Positions 1 through 9,582 of a DNA stretch of 64,000 bases are shown here, in pieces. This stretch comes from an uncultured Gemmatimonadales bacterium (GTDB lineage: Bacteria; Gemmatimonadota; Gemmatimonadetes; Longimicrobiales; RSA9). The stretch's first letter is position 1. Each line of letters opens with the position of its first letter. The position numbers were made by a program, and so were the translations under genes. The notes beneath the pieces were generated by a model that was not told the origin of the DNA, ran no database searches, and was given only the letters and a program-made list of their open reading frames with translations. The stretch lies in assembly GCA_963708135.1 (NCBI GenBank), contig OY970192.1, positions 4,288,001 to 4,352,000 on the forward strand, written 5' to 3'.

Positions 1-2
1 AG

Positions 3-773
3 CGGTGGATCCTGGCCCGGCTCCGGAAGCTGACCTTCTTCAGCCTGGCCGAGCTGAACCGGGAGATCGCTCGTCTGCTGGAGCTCCTGAACGACCGGCC
101 CTTCCAGAAGCTGGAGGGCAGCCGCCGCTCGCTCTTCGAGACGCTGGACCGGCCGGCGCTTCTCCCGCTCCCCGAGCAGCGCTACGAGTTTGCCCGCTGG
201 AAGAAGGCCCGGGTCAACATCGACTACCACATCGATGTCCTCGGCCACTACTACAGCGTGCCCCACACCCTCGTCCGCCAGCAGGTGGACGTGCGCATCA
301 CCCGCACGAGCGTCGAGATCCTGCACTCCGGCCGCCGGGTGGCGGCGCATCTGCGGAGCCACCGCAAGGGTGGCTTCAGCACGGAGCCCGGACACCGGCC
401 CAAGGCGCACCAGAAGCATCTCGAGTGGACGCCGTCGCGAATCGTCGCCTGGGCCGAGAAGACCGGGCCCGCCACGGGCGAGCTGGCCCGGCAGATCCTC
501 GAGAGCAAGCCGCACCCGGAGCAGGGCTATCGCGCCTGCCTCGGTCTCCTGAGGCTCGGCGATCGACACTCTCCTGAAAGGCTCGAGGCCGCCTGCGCCC
601 GCGCGTTGCGGATCGGCGGCGTCTCGTACCGCTCGGTCAAGTCCATCCTCCAGAGCGGACTCGACCGCCTCCCCCTGGAAGAGCAGGCGAGCCTCACCCT
701 GCCCCAGAACCATGAACATCTGCGCGGCGGGACCTACTACGCCGCCGCCGCCAACGGAGCCCTCTCATGCTGA
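3..773 (+). CDS. istA: IS21 transposase IstA, C-terminal part (5' truncated by window)
   Basis: Frame 3 is open from the window start: RWILARLRKLTFFSLAELN...WKKARVNIDYHIDVLGHYYSVPH...HEHLRGGTYY, typical of IstA. Confidence 0.92.
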   Translation, partial: RWILARLRKLTFFSLAELNREIARLLELLNDRPFQKLEGSRRSLFETLDRPALLPLPEQRYEFARWKKARVNIDYHIDVLGHYYSVPHTLVRQQVDVRITRTSVEILHSGRRVAAHLRSHRKGGFSTEPGHRPKAHQKHLEWTPSRIVAWAEKTGPATGELARQILESKPHPEQGYRACLGLLRLGDRHSPERLEAACARALRIGGVSYRSVKSILQSGLDRLPLEEQASLTLPQNHEHLRGGTYYAAAANGALSC

Positions 774-1519
774 CGCACCAGACCCTCGACCAGCTCCACG
801 AGCTCCGCCTCACCGGCATGGCCCAGGCCCTGGAAGAACAGATGCGCATGCCCGACGTCGAGAGCCTCGCCTTCGACGACCGTCTGGCCCTCCTCCTGGA
901 ACGGGAGATCACCTTCCGCGACGACCGGCGCCTCACCCGGCTCCTCCAGGTGGCCAAGCTCCATCTTCAAGCCGCCATCGAGGACCTCGACTTCCGAAGC
1001 CCTCGAGGACTGGAGCGATCCCTCATCCTGCGCCTCTCCAGCGGCCAGTGGATCCGCGACCACCAGAGCGTCCTGATCTCCGGCGCCACGGGCACCGGCA
1101 AGAGCTTCCTGGCCTGCGCCCTCGGTCACAGCGCCTGCCGCCAGGGCCTGTCCACCCGCTACTACCGCTTCTCCCGGCTCCTCGGAGAGCTGGCTCTGGC
1201 CCGGGCCGACGGCTCCTACGCCAAGCTCCTCGACCGCCTGGCCAAGACCCAACTCCTCATCCTCGATGACTTCGGCCTCGCTCCACTCACCGACTCCGAG
1301 CGCCGTGATCTCCTCGAGGTCCTCGAAGACCGCTACGGCCGACGCGCCACCCTCGTCACCAGCCAGCTGCCCGTCGAGCACTGGCACGCGGTCATGGGAG
1401 ACGCCACATTCGCCGACGCCATCCTGGATCGGCTCGTCCACAACGCCCACACCATCACCCTGAAAGGAGCATCCATGCGGCGGAAGAAGAATCAGACCCC
1501 CGCCGTCGCCGAGTCCTGA
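767..1519 (+). CDS. istB: IS21 helper AAA+ ATPase IstB
   Basis: Walker A GATGTGKS, Walker B LLILDDFG, ADAILDRLVHNAH..LKGASMR; overlaps istA stop. Confidence 0.95.
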   Translation: MLTHQTLDQLHELRLTGMAQALEEQMRMPDVESLAFDDRLALLLEREITFRDDRRLTRLLQVAKLHLQAAIEDLDFRSPRGLERSLILRLSSGQWIRDHQSVLISGATGTGKSFLACALGHSACRQGLSTRYYRFSRLLGELALARADGSYAKLLDRLAKTQLLILDDFGLAPLTDSERRDLLEVLEDRYGRRATLVTSQLPVEHWHAVMGDATFADAILDRLVHNAHTITLKGASMRRKKNQTPAVAES

Positions 1520-1549
1520 ACACGCCAGCGTCGCTTCGCTCCGACCGGG

Positions 1550-1637
1550 TGGACGGCATGGACCGGAACGGGTGGACGGCTTGCGCCGGAACCGCTGGAC
1601 GGCTTCCTCCGGAACTCGTGGACGGAATCACCGGAAT
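1550..1637 (+). repeat. IS21 right-end multiple transposase-binding repeats
   Basis: TGGACGG-N5-6-CCGGAA at 1550, 1573, 1596, 1619 (period 23). Confidence 0.88.
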
Positions 1638-1891
1638 AGGCAAAGTTCTCCGAAATCAGGGGACGCGTAGTTTTTCGACCCTCCACCTCTTGGGGGTGTC
1701 GGGCCGTAGTGCCGAAGGCGACGACGAGGCCGGCGGGGCTCGCCCGCGTTTCCTCCAGCTCCACGGACCAGGCGGCGGCGTGGTGGGTGAGGTCGGGGGA
1801 TTTAGGTTGGCGTTTCAGGGTGCGATTCGAGGCATGAGGCCGCGGGCGCGCTGTCTGCGCCTGCGCGGCGGCGCAAGCCAAGGAAGGGGCG

Positions 1892-1970
1892 TTACGCCGA
1901 GCGGCGCCTCTGCTTCTCGATGATCTTCGTACTCCTCGCGGAGGTCGTCAGGGCTCGATCGCTTGCTCAT
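1892..1970 (-). pseudogene. BrnA-like antitoxin remnant with internal deletion
   Basis: MSKRSSPDDLREEY overlaps the end of the BrnT remnant; a shifted frame continues KIIEKQRRRSA*; middle missing. Confidence 0.5.
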
Positions 1971-2131
1971 AGATCTTTCGCTCGCGGGGGCTCATGAGTC
2001 GCGCGCTGACCAAGCGTACCGCCTCGCCGCGCTCGGTGATTGAGCACAGTTGCCGCCTCCTCGAAGCCCACCGCGTGCTTCCGGAGATTCGATTCCGCCT
2101 TCGCCGGATCCCACTCGACCTCGAGGCTCAC
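1948..2131 (-). pseudogene. BrnT (DUF497) toxin remnant with internal deletion and frameshift
   Basis: VSLEVEWDPAKAESNLRKHAVGFEEAATVL joined out of frame to ITERGEAVRLVSARLMSPRERKIYEQ; both halves are characteristic of BrnT. Confidence 0.8.
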
Positions 2132-2174
2132 GCCGAAAAGCTAGCAGCCGACGCTCCGCCAGCCAACAGCGGTC

Positions 2175-2285
2175 CCGGCACGCCCTTCGGTCGATGGCCG
2201 TCCAGCCCCGCCGCGCGTCCCACGGCACGTTCGCGTGCTGCAGGTCGCCGTGCAGAAGGCGCACCCGCTCCTGCGAGGCGACGAG
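2175..2285 (-). pseudogene. Fragment of an APH(6)/hydroxyurea-resistance-type kinase
   Basis: LVASQERVRLLHGDLQHANVPWDARRGWTAID then a 1-nt loss before KGV (family motif HGDL.H.N...W.AIDPKG). Confidence 0.65.
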
Positions 2286-2403
2286 ACGGCCGCGACGTCG
2301 GGATCGAGTCGCACGAGGTTGACCCCCTCGGCGTCGCGAGCGGCGAACGGCGCCGGCGTGGCAGGCCGCGGACGCGCGGACGTGCTCGATCCGAGGTCGA
2401 ACC

Positions 2404-5400
2404 CTACCGCGCCGCCCCTGCCTTCACCTCAGTCCTGTCATAGGTCAGCCCGAACACCGTGTCCGTCAGCCAGCGCCGGAAGCCCTCGTTGTCCATGAAT
2501 TGCTTGAACAGCTCCGTGTCGTCCTTCAGCACGGCCGTCATCACCCGCGCCAGCGCCTTGTCGTGCTCGATACGGGCGTTTTGCTTGTCCGAGTTCTGGC
2601 GCGCGTTCCGGTAGGCCCTGTCGGCCGCGACCCGCTGCGGGATGTCCTCGGTGATGAGCTTGTGCACGCGGTCGCCGTCGGACCACGGGATGTTGCCGAA
2701 CTGGTCGTTGAACGCCTTGAGGATGTTCGAGAGCCGGTCGATCTCGGGCTCGGGCTTGGGGCCGCCGCCGGTGGTCGGCACCGGCTCGATCTCCGCGTCC
2801 GCGTCGGGGAGCTGGATCCTGGCCACCGCCTGCTTCTCCACCCGGTAGCTGTCCATGTCGATTGCCTCGAGGATGCCCTTGGCGAGGTCCTCCTCGACGG
2901 GCGCCGGCAGCTTGGGCACGAGGAAGGTGAGGAAGATCGAGAGCTTCTCCCAGTCGGCGTTGGTGTAGGGCAGGACCTGTGAGAGGAACCCGTAGGCCCG
3001 CAGGAAGGCCTTGGCCTTGCCCTTGAAGTCCACCTGAGCGTCCTCGTCGAGCCGCTCGCGGTAGTCGGCGACGCAGGCGTCGAGGATGGGATCGAGCCGG
3101 TCGCGGTCCGCCCCGCCCAGGTAGAGCGCCACGAGCTCGTCCACCTGTGCCGGGGCATGGACCTGGTAGCCGTCGAGCGCGGCCTTGAGGTCGTGCAGCT
3201 TGTTCGGGTCGGTCTCCTCGGCCAGGATAGTCGTGCGGTAGTAGTCGGCGAACGCCTCCTGGATGGTGTCCGCGTCGTTCATGAAGTCGAGCACGAACAC
3301 GTCGTGCTTCTTCGGATGCGCGCGGTTGAGCCGGGACAGCGTCTGCACGGCCTTGATGCCGGAGAGCACCTTGTCCACGTACATCGAGTGCAGCAGCGGC
3401 TCGTCGTAGCCGGTCTGGAACTTGTCGGCGCAGATCAGGAACCGGTACGGGTCCTCCCGGATCCTGTCGGCGATCTGGCGCGACGGGAACCCGTTGAGCG
3501 ACGCCTCCGTGACCTTGCTCCCGCCGTAGTCGTGCTCGCCCGAGAACGCCACAATCGCTTGGTAGCGGCTCTTGCGCTCGGCCAGGTAGTCGCGGATCGC
3601 GTGGTAGTACTGGATCGCACGCTCGATGCCGCTGGTCACCACCATCGCGCGCGCCTCGCCGCCGATCTTGTTCAGCGCCAGCACCTGCTCGTGGAAGTGG
3701 TCCACCATGATCTCGGCCTTGAGCCGGATCGCGTGGTCGTGGCTCTCCACGTAGCGGCGCAGCTTCTTCTTCGCCCGCCTGGTGTCGAACTCGGGGTCGC
3801 CCTCCACCTTCTTGACGAGCTTGTAGTAGCTCTCGACCGGCGTGTAGTACTCGAGCACGTCCAGGATGAAGCCCTCCTGGATCGCCTGCTTCATCGTGTA
3901 GCTGTGGAACGGCCGGTGCTTCACCGTGCCGTCGGCCTGCGGCTCGGGGAGCCCAAAGATCTCGAGCGTCTTGTTCTTGGGCGTCGCGGTGAACGCGAAG
4001 TAGCTGGCGTTGGGCAGCAGCTTCTTCGCCTCCATGAGCCGGTTGATCGTGTCCTCCAGCGTCTCGTCGTCCTCCTCGGCTCCGGCCGTGGAGAGCGCAA
4101 TCGACAGCGCGGCCGACGTCCGCCCGCCCTGGCTCGAGTGCGCCTCGTCGATCACGATGGCGAAGCGCCGCCCGCGGTGCTCGCTCCCGATCTCGTCGAG
4201 GATGAACGGGAACTTCTGCACCGTGGAGATGATGATCTTCTTCCCTTCGGCGATGAACTTGCCCAGGTCGCCCGAGTGCTGGGCGTGGCCGACCGTGGCG
4301 CCCACCTGGGCGAACTGCTTGATGGTGTCCTTGATCTGCTGGTCGAGGATCCTGCGGTCCGTGACGACGATGATCGAGTCGAAGACCGTCGCCTCGTCCT
4401 TCTCGAGCCCGATGAGCTGGTGCGCGAGCCAGGCGATCGAGTTCGACTTGCCGCTCCCCGCCGAGTGCTGGATCAGGTAGCGCCTGCCCGCGCCGCTCGC
4501 CCGCGCGTCGGCGAGCAGCCGGCGCACCACGTCGAGCTGGTGGAACCGCGGCCAGATCTGCATCGCCTTCTTCCTGCCAGTCTTGTCGTCCTTCGTCTCG
4601 ACGACCTGCGCGTAGTTCTCGAGGATGTCGGTCAGGCCGCCCTTGGTGAGCACGCGCTTCCACAGGTAGTCGGTCTTGAGGCCGTTCGGGTTGGGCGGGT
4701 TGCCCGCGCCGTCGTTCCAGCCCTGGTTGAAGGGCAGGAACCACGAGACCTTGCCCTTGAGGTGCGTGCAGAAGCGAACCTCGTGATCGTCCACGGCGAA
4801 GTGCACCACGCAGCGGCCGAACTCGAAGAGCTTCTCGCGCAGGTCGCGGTCGCGCTGGTACTGCTCGACGGCGTCGGCGACCGTCTGCTTGGTCAGGCTG
4901 TTCTTCAGCTCGAAGGTGGCGACGGGCAGGCCGTTGATGAACAGGCCCAGGTCGAGCGCGCGCTGCGTCTCGTCGCGGCTGTAGCGGAGCTGGCGCATGA
5001 CGCTGAAGCGGTTCTGGGCGTAGCGCTCGGCGGCCCTGGCGTTGCCCGGCGAGGGCGTGCCGTAGAAGAGGTCGAGTTGGTGCGGCCCGTGCTTGAGCCC
5101 GTGGCGCAGCACGTCGATAGTGCCGCGCTTCGTGATCTCGCCCTGGAGCCGCGCCAGGAACTTGCGCCGCGTGGGCCCGTCCTGGCCCAGGTCGAGCGCG
5201 TCGGCCACCTCGCCTTGAGTCTCGCGCAGGAAGGTCGAGAGCTGGGCGAGGTCCACGCAGTACTCGCGGTCGTAGTCCTCGGCCGCGCCGCAGATCCAGC
5301 CCGCGCCGTAGGCGGCCGGGCGCTCGTGCACGGAGTCGGCCTGGACCGTCCCCGGATCGCAGGCCGCGCCGGTCAGCGCCGTGCAGATCAGCCGTTCGAG

Positions 5401-5427
5401 GCCGCGCTCGGAGGTGTCGGTGGTCAT
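2404..5427 (-). CDS. hsdR: Type I restriction enzyme R subunit
   Basis: Nuclease motif LDLGLFINGLPVATFELKN, Walker A QHSAGSGKS, DEAH box, FTATP, DKFQTGYDEP; 1007 aa. Confidence 0.97.
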   Translation of the reverse strand: MTTDTSERGLERLICTALTGAACDPGTVQADSVHERPAAYGAGWICGAAEDYDREYCVDLAQLSTFLRETQGEVADALDLGQDGPTRRKFLARLQGEITKRGTIDVLRHGLKHGPHQLDLFYGTPSPGNARAAERYAQNRFSVMRQLRYSRDETQRALDLGLFINGLPVATFELKNSLTKQTVADAVEQYQRDRDLREKLFEFGRCVVHFAVDDHEVRFCTHLKGKVSWFLPFNQGWNDGAGNPPNPNGLKTDYLWKRVLTKGGLTDILENYAQVVETKDDKTGRKKAMQIWPRFHQLDVVRRLLADARASGAGRRYLIQHSAGSGKSNSIAWLAHQLIGLEKDEATVFDSIIVVTDRRILDQQIKDTIKQFAQVGATVGHAQHSGDLGKFIAEGKKIIISTVQKFPFILDEIGSEHRGRRFAIVIDEAHSSQGGRTSAALSIALSTAGAEEDDETLEDTINRLMEAKKLLPNASYFAFTATPKNKTLEIFGLPEPQADGTVKHRPFHSYTMKQAIQEGFILDVLEYYTPVESYYKLVKKVEGDPEFDTRRAKKKLRRYVESHDHAIRLKAEIMVDHFHEQVLALNKIGGEARAMVVTSGIERAIQYYHAIRDYLAERKSRYQAIVAFSGEHDYGGSKVTEASLNGFPSRQIADRIREDPYRFLICADKFQTGYDEPLLHSMYVDKVLSGIKAVQTLSRLNRAHPKKHDVFVLDFMNDADTIQEAFADYYRTTILAEETDPNKLHDLKAALDGYQVHAPAQVDELVALYLGGADRDRLDPILDACVADYRERLDEDAQVDFKGKAKAFLRAYGFLSQVLPYTNADWEKLSIFLTFLVPKLPAPVEEDLAKGILEAIDMDSYRVEKQAVARIQLPDADAEIEPVPTTGGGPKPEPEIDRLSNILKAFNDQFGNIPWSDGDRVHKLITEDIPQRVAADRAYRNARQNSDKQNARIEHDKALARVMTAVLKDDTELFKQFMDNEGFRRWLTDTVFGLTYDRTEVKAGAAR

Positions 5428-6893
5428 GCCTCGGCCTCCTCCGGCACCTCGTCGGTGACATCGGCGCCCGCTTCGTCGGTTTCGGCTTCGGCCTCGATCT
5501 CGTCGAGCGGCTCGGGCTCCTCGGCCTCGTCCGGCAGCCGGGCCGCCGCCTCGCGCACGTCGAGTTTGCCGGTTACGACGTCGGCGATCAGGCGGGCGCG
5601 GTATTCGCCAAGGAGGTCCACTTCGCGGCGTGCTCGGTCCGACGCGGCCACAACGTCCTTGGTGGCACCTTCTAGGTAGTCAATTATTTGAACCTGCTCC
5701 TCCGCCGGCGGAACCACGAGCTCGATTCGCTTGAGATCGCGAATGTTGATTCCGCGTACCGTCGCACCCACCACTTGAGATTTCACATGCTCGCGGAAGA
5801 TCGGGGCTCGAACAGCATGCAGAAGCCAGCGTGGGTCTATGCCGCTGTCCGCAGCGATACGAGCGGCGTCCTGAGTCACGTTTGCTCCCGCGAGCTCTGG
5901 TGGGACTAGCTCGGCGGCCCCTACTCCACCTCGAATAGCGAACACAATGTCCCGCGCCGCGAGGCGCGAGCGGGCATATCGCGACTCGATCTCGAACGTG
6001 GTGCGCGATAGCAGTTCGGGGCGCAGGCGACCGGGCTCGCAGTTGCCACCCTTAACTATGTAGATACCGTCATCGACGTTGGGCCCGGGCAGAACGATGC
6101 CGTACATGATGGCCCGGCTTGGGTCCGTAACTTGGTGAAGTCTCTTCACCTCCCAATGCTCCGGCACATCCCCCAGCCACTCCACGCCGGAGGGCTTGAG
6201 GCGGACGTTGGGGTCGAGGCCGCGGGTGACGGCGCGGTGGATGATGGCCTGCTTCTGCTCCTCCAGCAGCTTGATCAGCTTCTGCTTGGCGCGGATGTAC
6301 CGCCGAATCCGCCGGTCCGCGTGGTCGAGGAAGCGGACGATGGCGGCTTGTTCGGGGAGGGGTGGGGCAGAGAGCCAGACGGACTTGATCGCTGCATGCG
6401 AGAGCCCATATCGCGTGACACCATTTGCCTCGACGTGAAACTGGTACTGCGCAGCCTTGCTCTGCAGCGCGCGAAGAAGATACTCTCCCCATAAGCGCTT
6501 CTCGAACGGGCGAAGAAGTGCCAAGTGGTATCCGCTAACGAGGTCAGCCGCGGTTTCGCGCACAAGCGCAGGGACACCAATGTCATTCCAGGCTTCCGAG
6601 TCTTTCGTGATGAGCACGTCGCCAACGGCCAGGCGGAAACGCTCGACTTGATCCCTCGTCGCCGTTGCCCGCATGAGGCCCATACTCGGGCGGAGGTAGT
6701 CGTTCTTGTAGACGTCAACATAGTTGCAGAGGCGAACAGGCTCCTCGTCATCTTTGGTGTGCTTGTCGACGTTGCTGACGCGCATGTCGGCCAGGTTGCG
6801 GAGCCGCTGTACCTCCCAATGCTCCGGCACCTCCCCCAGCCACGGCACGCCGGAGTCCTTCATCGCGGGATAGGGCCTCAGGTCAGCGATCAT
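5424..6893 (-). CDS. hsdS: Type I R-M specificity subunit (two TRDs)
   Basis: Start MIADLRPYPAMKDSGVPWLGEVPEHW at 6893; repeated SGVEWLGDVPEHWEV; PPLPEQ / PPAEEQ conserved regions; ATGA overlaps on both sides. Confidence 0.96.
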   Translation of the reverse strand: MIADLRPYPAMKDSGVPWLGEVPEHWEVQRLRNLADMRVSNVDKHTKDDEEPVRLCNYVDVYKNDYLRPSMGLMRATATRDQVERFRLAVGDVLITKDSEAWNDIGVPALVRETAADLVSGYHLALLRPFEKRLWGEYLLRALQSKAAQYQFHVEANGVTRYGLSHAAIKSVWLSAPPLPEQAAIVRFLDHADRRIRRYIRAKQKLIKLLEEQKQAIIHRAVTRGLDPNVRLKPSGVEWLGDVPEHWEVKRLHQVTDPSRAIMYGIVLPGPNVDDGIYIVKGGNCEPGRLRPELLSRTTFEIESRYARSRLAARDIVFAIRGGVGAAELVPPELAGANVTQDAARIAADSGIDPRWLLHAVRAPIFREHVKSQVVGATVRGINIRDLKRIELVVPPAEEQVQIIDYLEGATKDVVAASDRARREVDLLGEYRARLIADVVTGKLDVREAAARLPDEAEEPEPLDEIEAEAETDEAGADVTDEVPEEAEA

Positions 6894-9481
6894 GCCTTGT
6901 ATCCCTTGACGCGCTTGAACCAGCTGTCCACCAGGCGAAGCTCTTCCTCGATCTTGTCGATGTCGGGGGCGACGTAGTTGACGGCGGCGCTCTTGTCGTG
7001 CCGCCTCGCCCACTGCGACGCCCGGCCGTAGCTGCCCTCGAACTCATGGTGATCGTCGTCGGAGAAGCGAGCCAGGACCTTCACCATCATCGGGCGCACC
7101 TCGAGGCCGCCTTCCGCGAGGACGGGCCCGACGATCTCCTGGCTGAAGATGCGCTCCCAGGTCTCCGACAGATTGCCGGCCCAGACTGCCACGGCATCCT
7201 CGTACTGCTCTTCTTCCCAGGCACTGCTCTCCTTCTTGATTCGGCTGAGCTCCTGCCGGAGTTCGTCGAGGCGGGCCGGTACATCCTTGGCCTTCCAGGG
7301 GTGCTTTGTTGTGCAGGCACCCGGCTTGCGCTCGTCCGCCCGGCTCCTCATGACCGACCGCTCCGCAATCTGAACGCCCTTGGCACCGGCCTCGCGCTTG
7401 AGGTCTGCCACGAACGCGACGTCGTGGGTGAACAGGATCACCTGTCGAGTCTCGGCGAGGGCCGCAATCCGCGTCGCGACTAGACCGCGGCGGATGTGAT
7501 CGAGCGACGTCACAGGATCATCGAGGATGAGAGCCGACTTCGAGCCGTCGAGGTGTGCCTCGGTGAAGAATGCTGCCAGTCCCAGCGCAGTCCGCTCGCC
7601 CTCGCTGAACACTTTGGGCAGCGTAACCTGCTGGCGCGCCCCGACGAGTTTTGGTTGGTGAAGCAGGGCTCCCTTATCCGCACGGGTACGGGCGATCGTC
7701 ACCCGTTCGAGCCGGAGCCTTTCCGACTCTCTCGTGAAGGTGTCGCGGACTACCTCAGTGATGCTCTCCTCGGAGAGCTCCAGAATCTTCTTCGTGATAC
7801 CCGTCGTCGCGGCAGCGCTCTTGGCCGCTTCCAGCGCCTCACGCTCCTTTAAGCGCTGGACCTCCTTGGCGATCGCTGACCGCGACTTCTTGACCTGCTC
7901 CAGCAGCTCGAGCTCCGTCCGTCTCGCGGTGAGAGCCTCGAGGTGCTTCTGAACCCCTTCTGGGTTCGCGAGCTCCTCAGCAGCTGCCCTTGCTGCGTCA
8001 TTGGCTCCATTGAGGCGGTCGATGGTTGTTGCCTGCTCGATTGCGATCGAAGGAACCTCCCGCTGATTGGCCAGCGCCTCGCGCACATGTGCGTTTGCCG
8101 ACTCGTAGTTCGTGAGGAGCGCGCGCACCTCAGCGACGACGTCGCCATTCGGCTCGTCCAGATCCTCGAGGTGGTTTGCGACGGTCTCCGGCGAGACCTG
8201 AAGCTCTCGCAAGACCTTGGCCTTCTGGTCGTAGGCGCCCTTCGCATCCTGTAGGCGGACTTGGGTGTCGTTGCGGACGAACTCGTCGAAGCGGACCAAG
8301 CGATCTCGGCCCCCCGCCTCCAGGGGTTGCTGGCACAGGACGCACCGGCACTCACTCCCCAGGAACGGGAAATCGTGGTCCGGGTAGGCGTGCTCCCTTG
8401 AGAAGCGCTGGGCCGCTTCCCACAACGCCTTCCAGGGAGAGCTCCCCACGCCCGGCAGGGGCTCCGATTCGAAGGAGCGCGCAAGCAGGGCCGCCGCCTC
8501 TTCGAGCACTTTGATCTCGGCCTGGTGCCTTTGAATCTCGGCGAGAGCCACGCTGCCCAGCGCCGCATCCAGACTTTCAATGTGGCTGCGCAGCGCCACG
8601 AGCTTCTCGCTCTGCCGCGCGAGCTGCTGGCGCGCCTTGGTCGTGTCAGCGCTCCGCAGGCCAGCTTCCTGCTCCTTGAGGTTCTCGATCGTCTCCTCGG
8701 TCGCGTCGAACCTCGCGATCAGCGCGTCGAGCGTCTCGATCGAAGAGCTAGACGAGAGGGACAGGAGGAATTGGCCGGCATCGCTCTCTCGCACTTGCTC
8801 GGGGACGGTCGGCAACTGGTTCGCTGAGGCGCCGTTCTCCGCAAGCTTGGTGTCGATACGCGCGCGGACCGCCACGCAGGCCTCGATGAGGCCGTCCATG
8901 ACGAAGAGGGCCGAGGGTCGGTACGGGAAGTCCGACTCGCTGGCGATGTAGGCGCTGCCGCAGGCTGCATCATAGAAGCGCATGCGCTGCAGCTCGGGAC
9001 GGGAGGACTCCGGCCAGGCAAGAGGCTCGTCGGCGCCGCCGATCCGCACGGAGAGCCTCGCGGTCGGCTGCGCCAGGGAGGTGTCGCGGAAGACGTCCGT
9101 CAGTACATCCTCCCGGTGACGAGCTCGGGTAATGCGCTTCAGCAACCTCGCGTAGCCAGACTTGCCGCTCCCGTTGTCGCCGTACACGATCGTCAAGCCC
9201 TGCGGCTCGAAGGTCAGAGGCTCCTTCGATTCCAGCGCGTTCACATGCTCAGGCTTCTCGATCGCCAAGAGGCAGACCGGGAGGTCTTCCGATGCAGCCT
9301 GTGGCAGCTGCTCGAGGCCGAACTGGCCCACCGGGAGCTCTTGCGCTCCCACGATTGCTTCGACCAGGCGGTCGTGGTCTTCGTCGGAGAGTACCTCGCC
9401 GACTGCTACGCGACGCATGACTTCTCTTTGCCATGCGGGGCGTTCCTGGCTCCAGGCGACGATGAGCTTTTCTAGTGCCAC
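6890..9481 (-). CDS. RloC-like SMC/Rad50-type ABC ATPase with zinc hook and C-terminal putative HEPN-like domain
   Basis: Walker A GDNGSGKS, long coiled coil with CVLC hook, signature FSEGE, Walker B/D-loop LILDDPVTSLD, H-loop FTHD, ~130-aa C-terminal domain. Confidence 0.8.
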   Translation of the reverse strand: MALEKLIVAWSQERPAWQREVMRRVAVGEVLSDEDHDRLVEAIVGAQELPVGQFGLEQLPQAASEDLPVCLLAIEKPEHVNALESKEPLTFEPQGLTIVYGDNGSGKSGYARLLKRITRARHREDVLTDVFRDTSLAQPTARLSVRIGGADEPLAWPESSRPELQRMRFYDAACGSAYIASESDFPYRPSALFVMDGLIEACVAVRARIDTKLAENGASANQLPTVPEQVRESDAGQFLLSLSSSSSIETLDALIARFDATEETIENLKEQEAGLRSADTTKARQQLARQSEKLVALRSHIESLDAALGSVALAEIQRHQAEIKVLEEAAALLARSFESEPLPGVGSSPWKALWEAAQRFSREHAYPDHDFPFLGSECRCVLCQQPLEAGGRDRLVRFDEFVRNDTQVRLQDAKGAYDQKAKVLRELQVSPETVANHLEDLDEPNGDVVAEVRALLTNYESANAHVREALANQREVPSIAIEQATTIDRLNGANDAARAAAEELANPEGVQKHLEALTARRTELELLEQVKKSRSAIAKEVQRLKEREALEAAKSAAATTGITKKILELSEESITEVVRDTFTRESERLRLERVTIARTRADKGALLHQPKLVGARQQVTLPKVFSEGERTALGLAAFFTEAHLDGSKSALILDDPVTSLDHIRRGLVATRIAALAETRQVILFTHDVAFVADLKREAGAKGVQIAERSVMRSRADERKPGACTTKHPWKAKDVPARLDELRQELSRIKKESSAWEEEQYEDAVAVWAGNLSETWERIFSQEIVGPVLAEGGLEVRPMMVKVLARFSDDDHHEFEGSYGRASQWARRHDKSAAVNYVAPDIDKIEEELRLVDSWFKRVKGYKA

Positions 9482-9582
9482 GCGGCTTGCCCCCCTGGTA
9501 TCTCAACGTCCTCAGGCATCTCCCTCACCGGCGGTCCGCTGGAGTCCTTCATCGCGGGATAGGGCTGGAGGCCGTCGATCAT
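9472..9582 (-). pseudogene. Duplicated hsdS 5' stub (36 codons)
   Basis: MIDGLQPYPAMKDS matches the HsdS N-terminus; exact 25-bp identity 9541-9565 = 6852-6876. Confidence 0.85.

Larger units (their letters stand above)
1..1642 (+). mobile_element. IS21-family insertion sequence (left part lies outside the window)
   Basis: istA-istB pair followed by four 23-bp-period terminal repeats and a terminal ...GGCA at 1642 (IS21 ends are TG...CA). Confidence 0.93.

Noticed and set aside
2438..5679. Long alternative-frame and antisense ORFs (2438-5461, 3157-5679 and many similar elsewhere)
   Set aside because: Shadow ORFs caused by high GC and codon bias; Arg/Gly/Pro-rich with no motifs, overlapping well-supported genes.
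6148..6856. hsdS internal repeats as a phase-variable shufflon
   Set aside because: They are the normal direct repeats of the two conserved HsdS regions; no inverted silent TRDs or recombinase seen.
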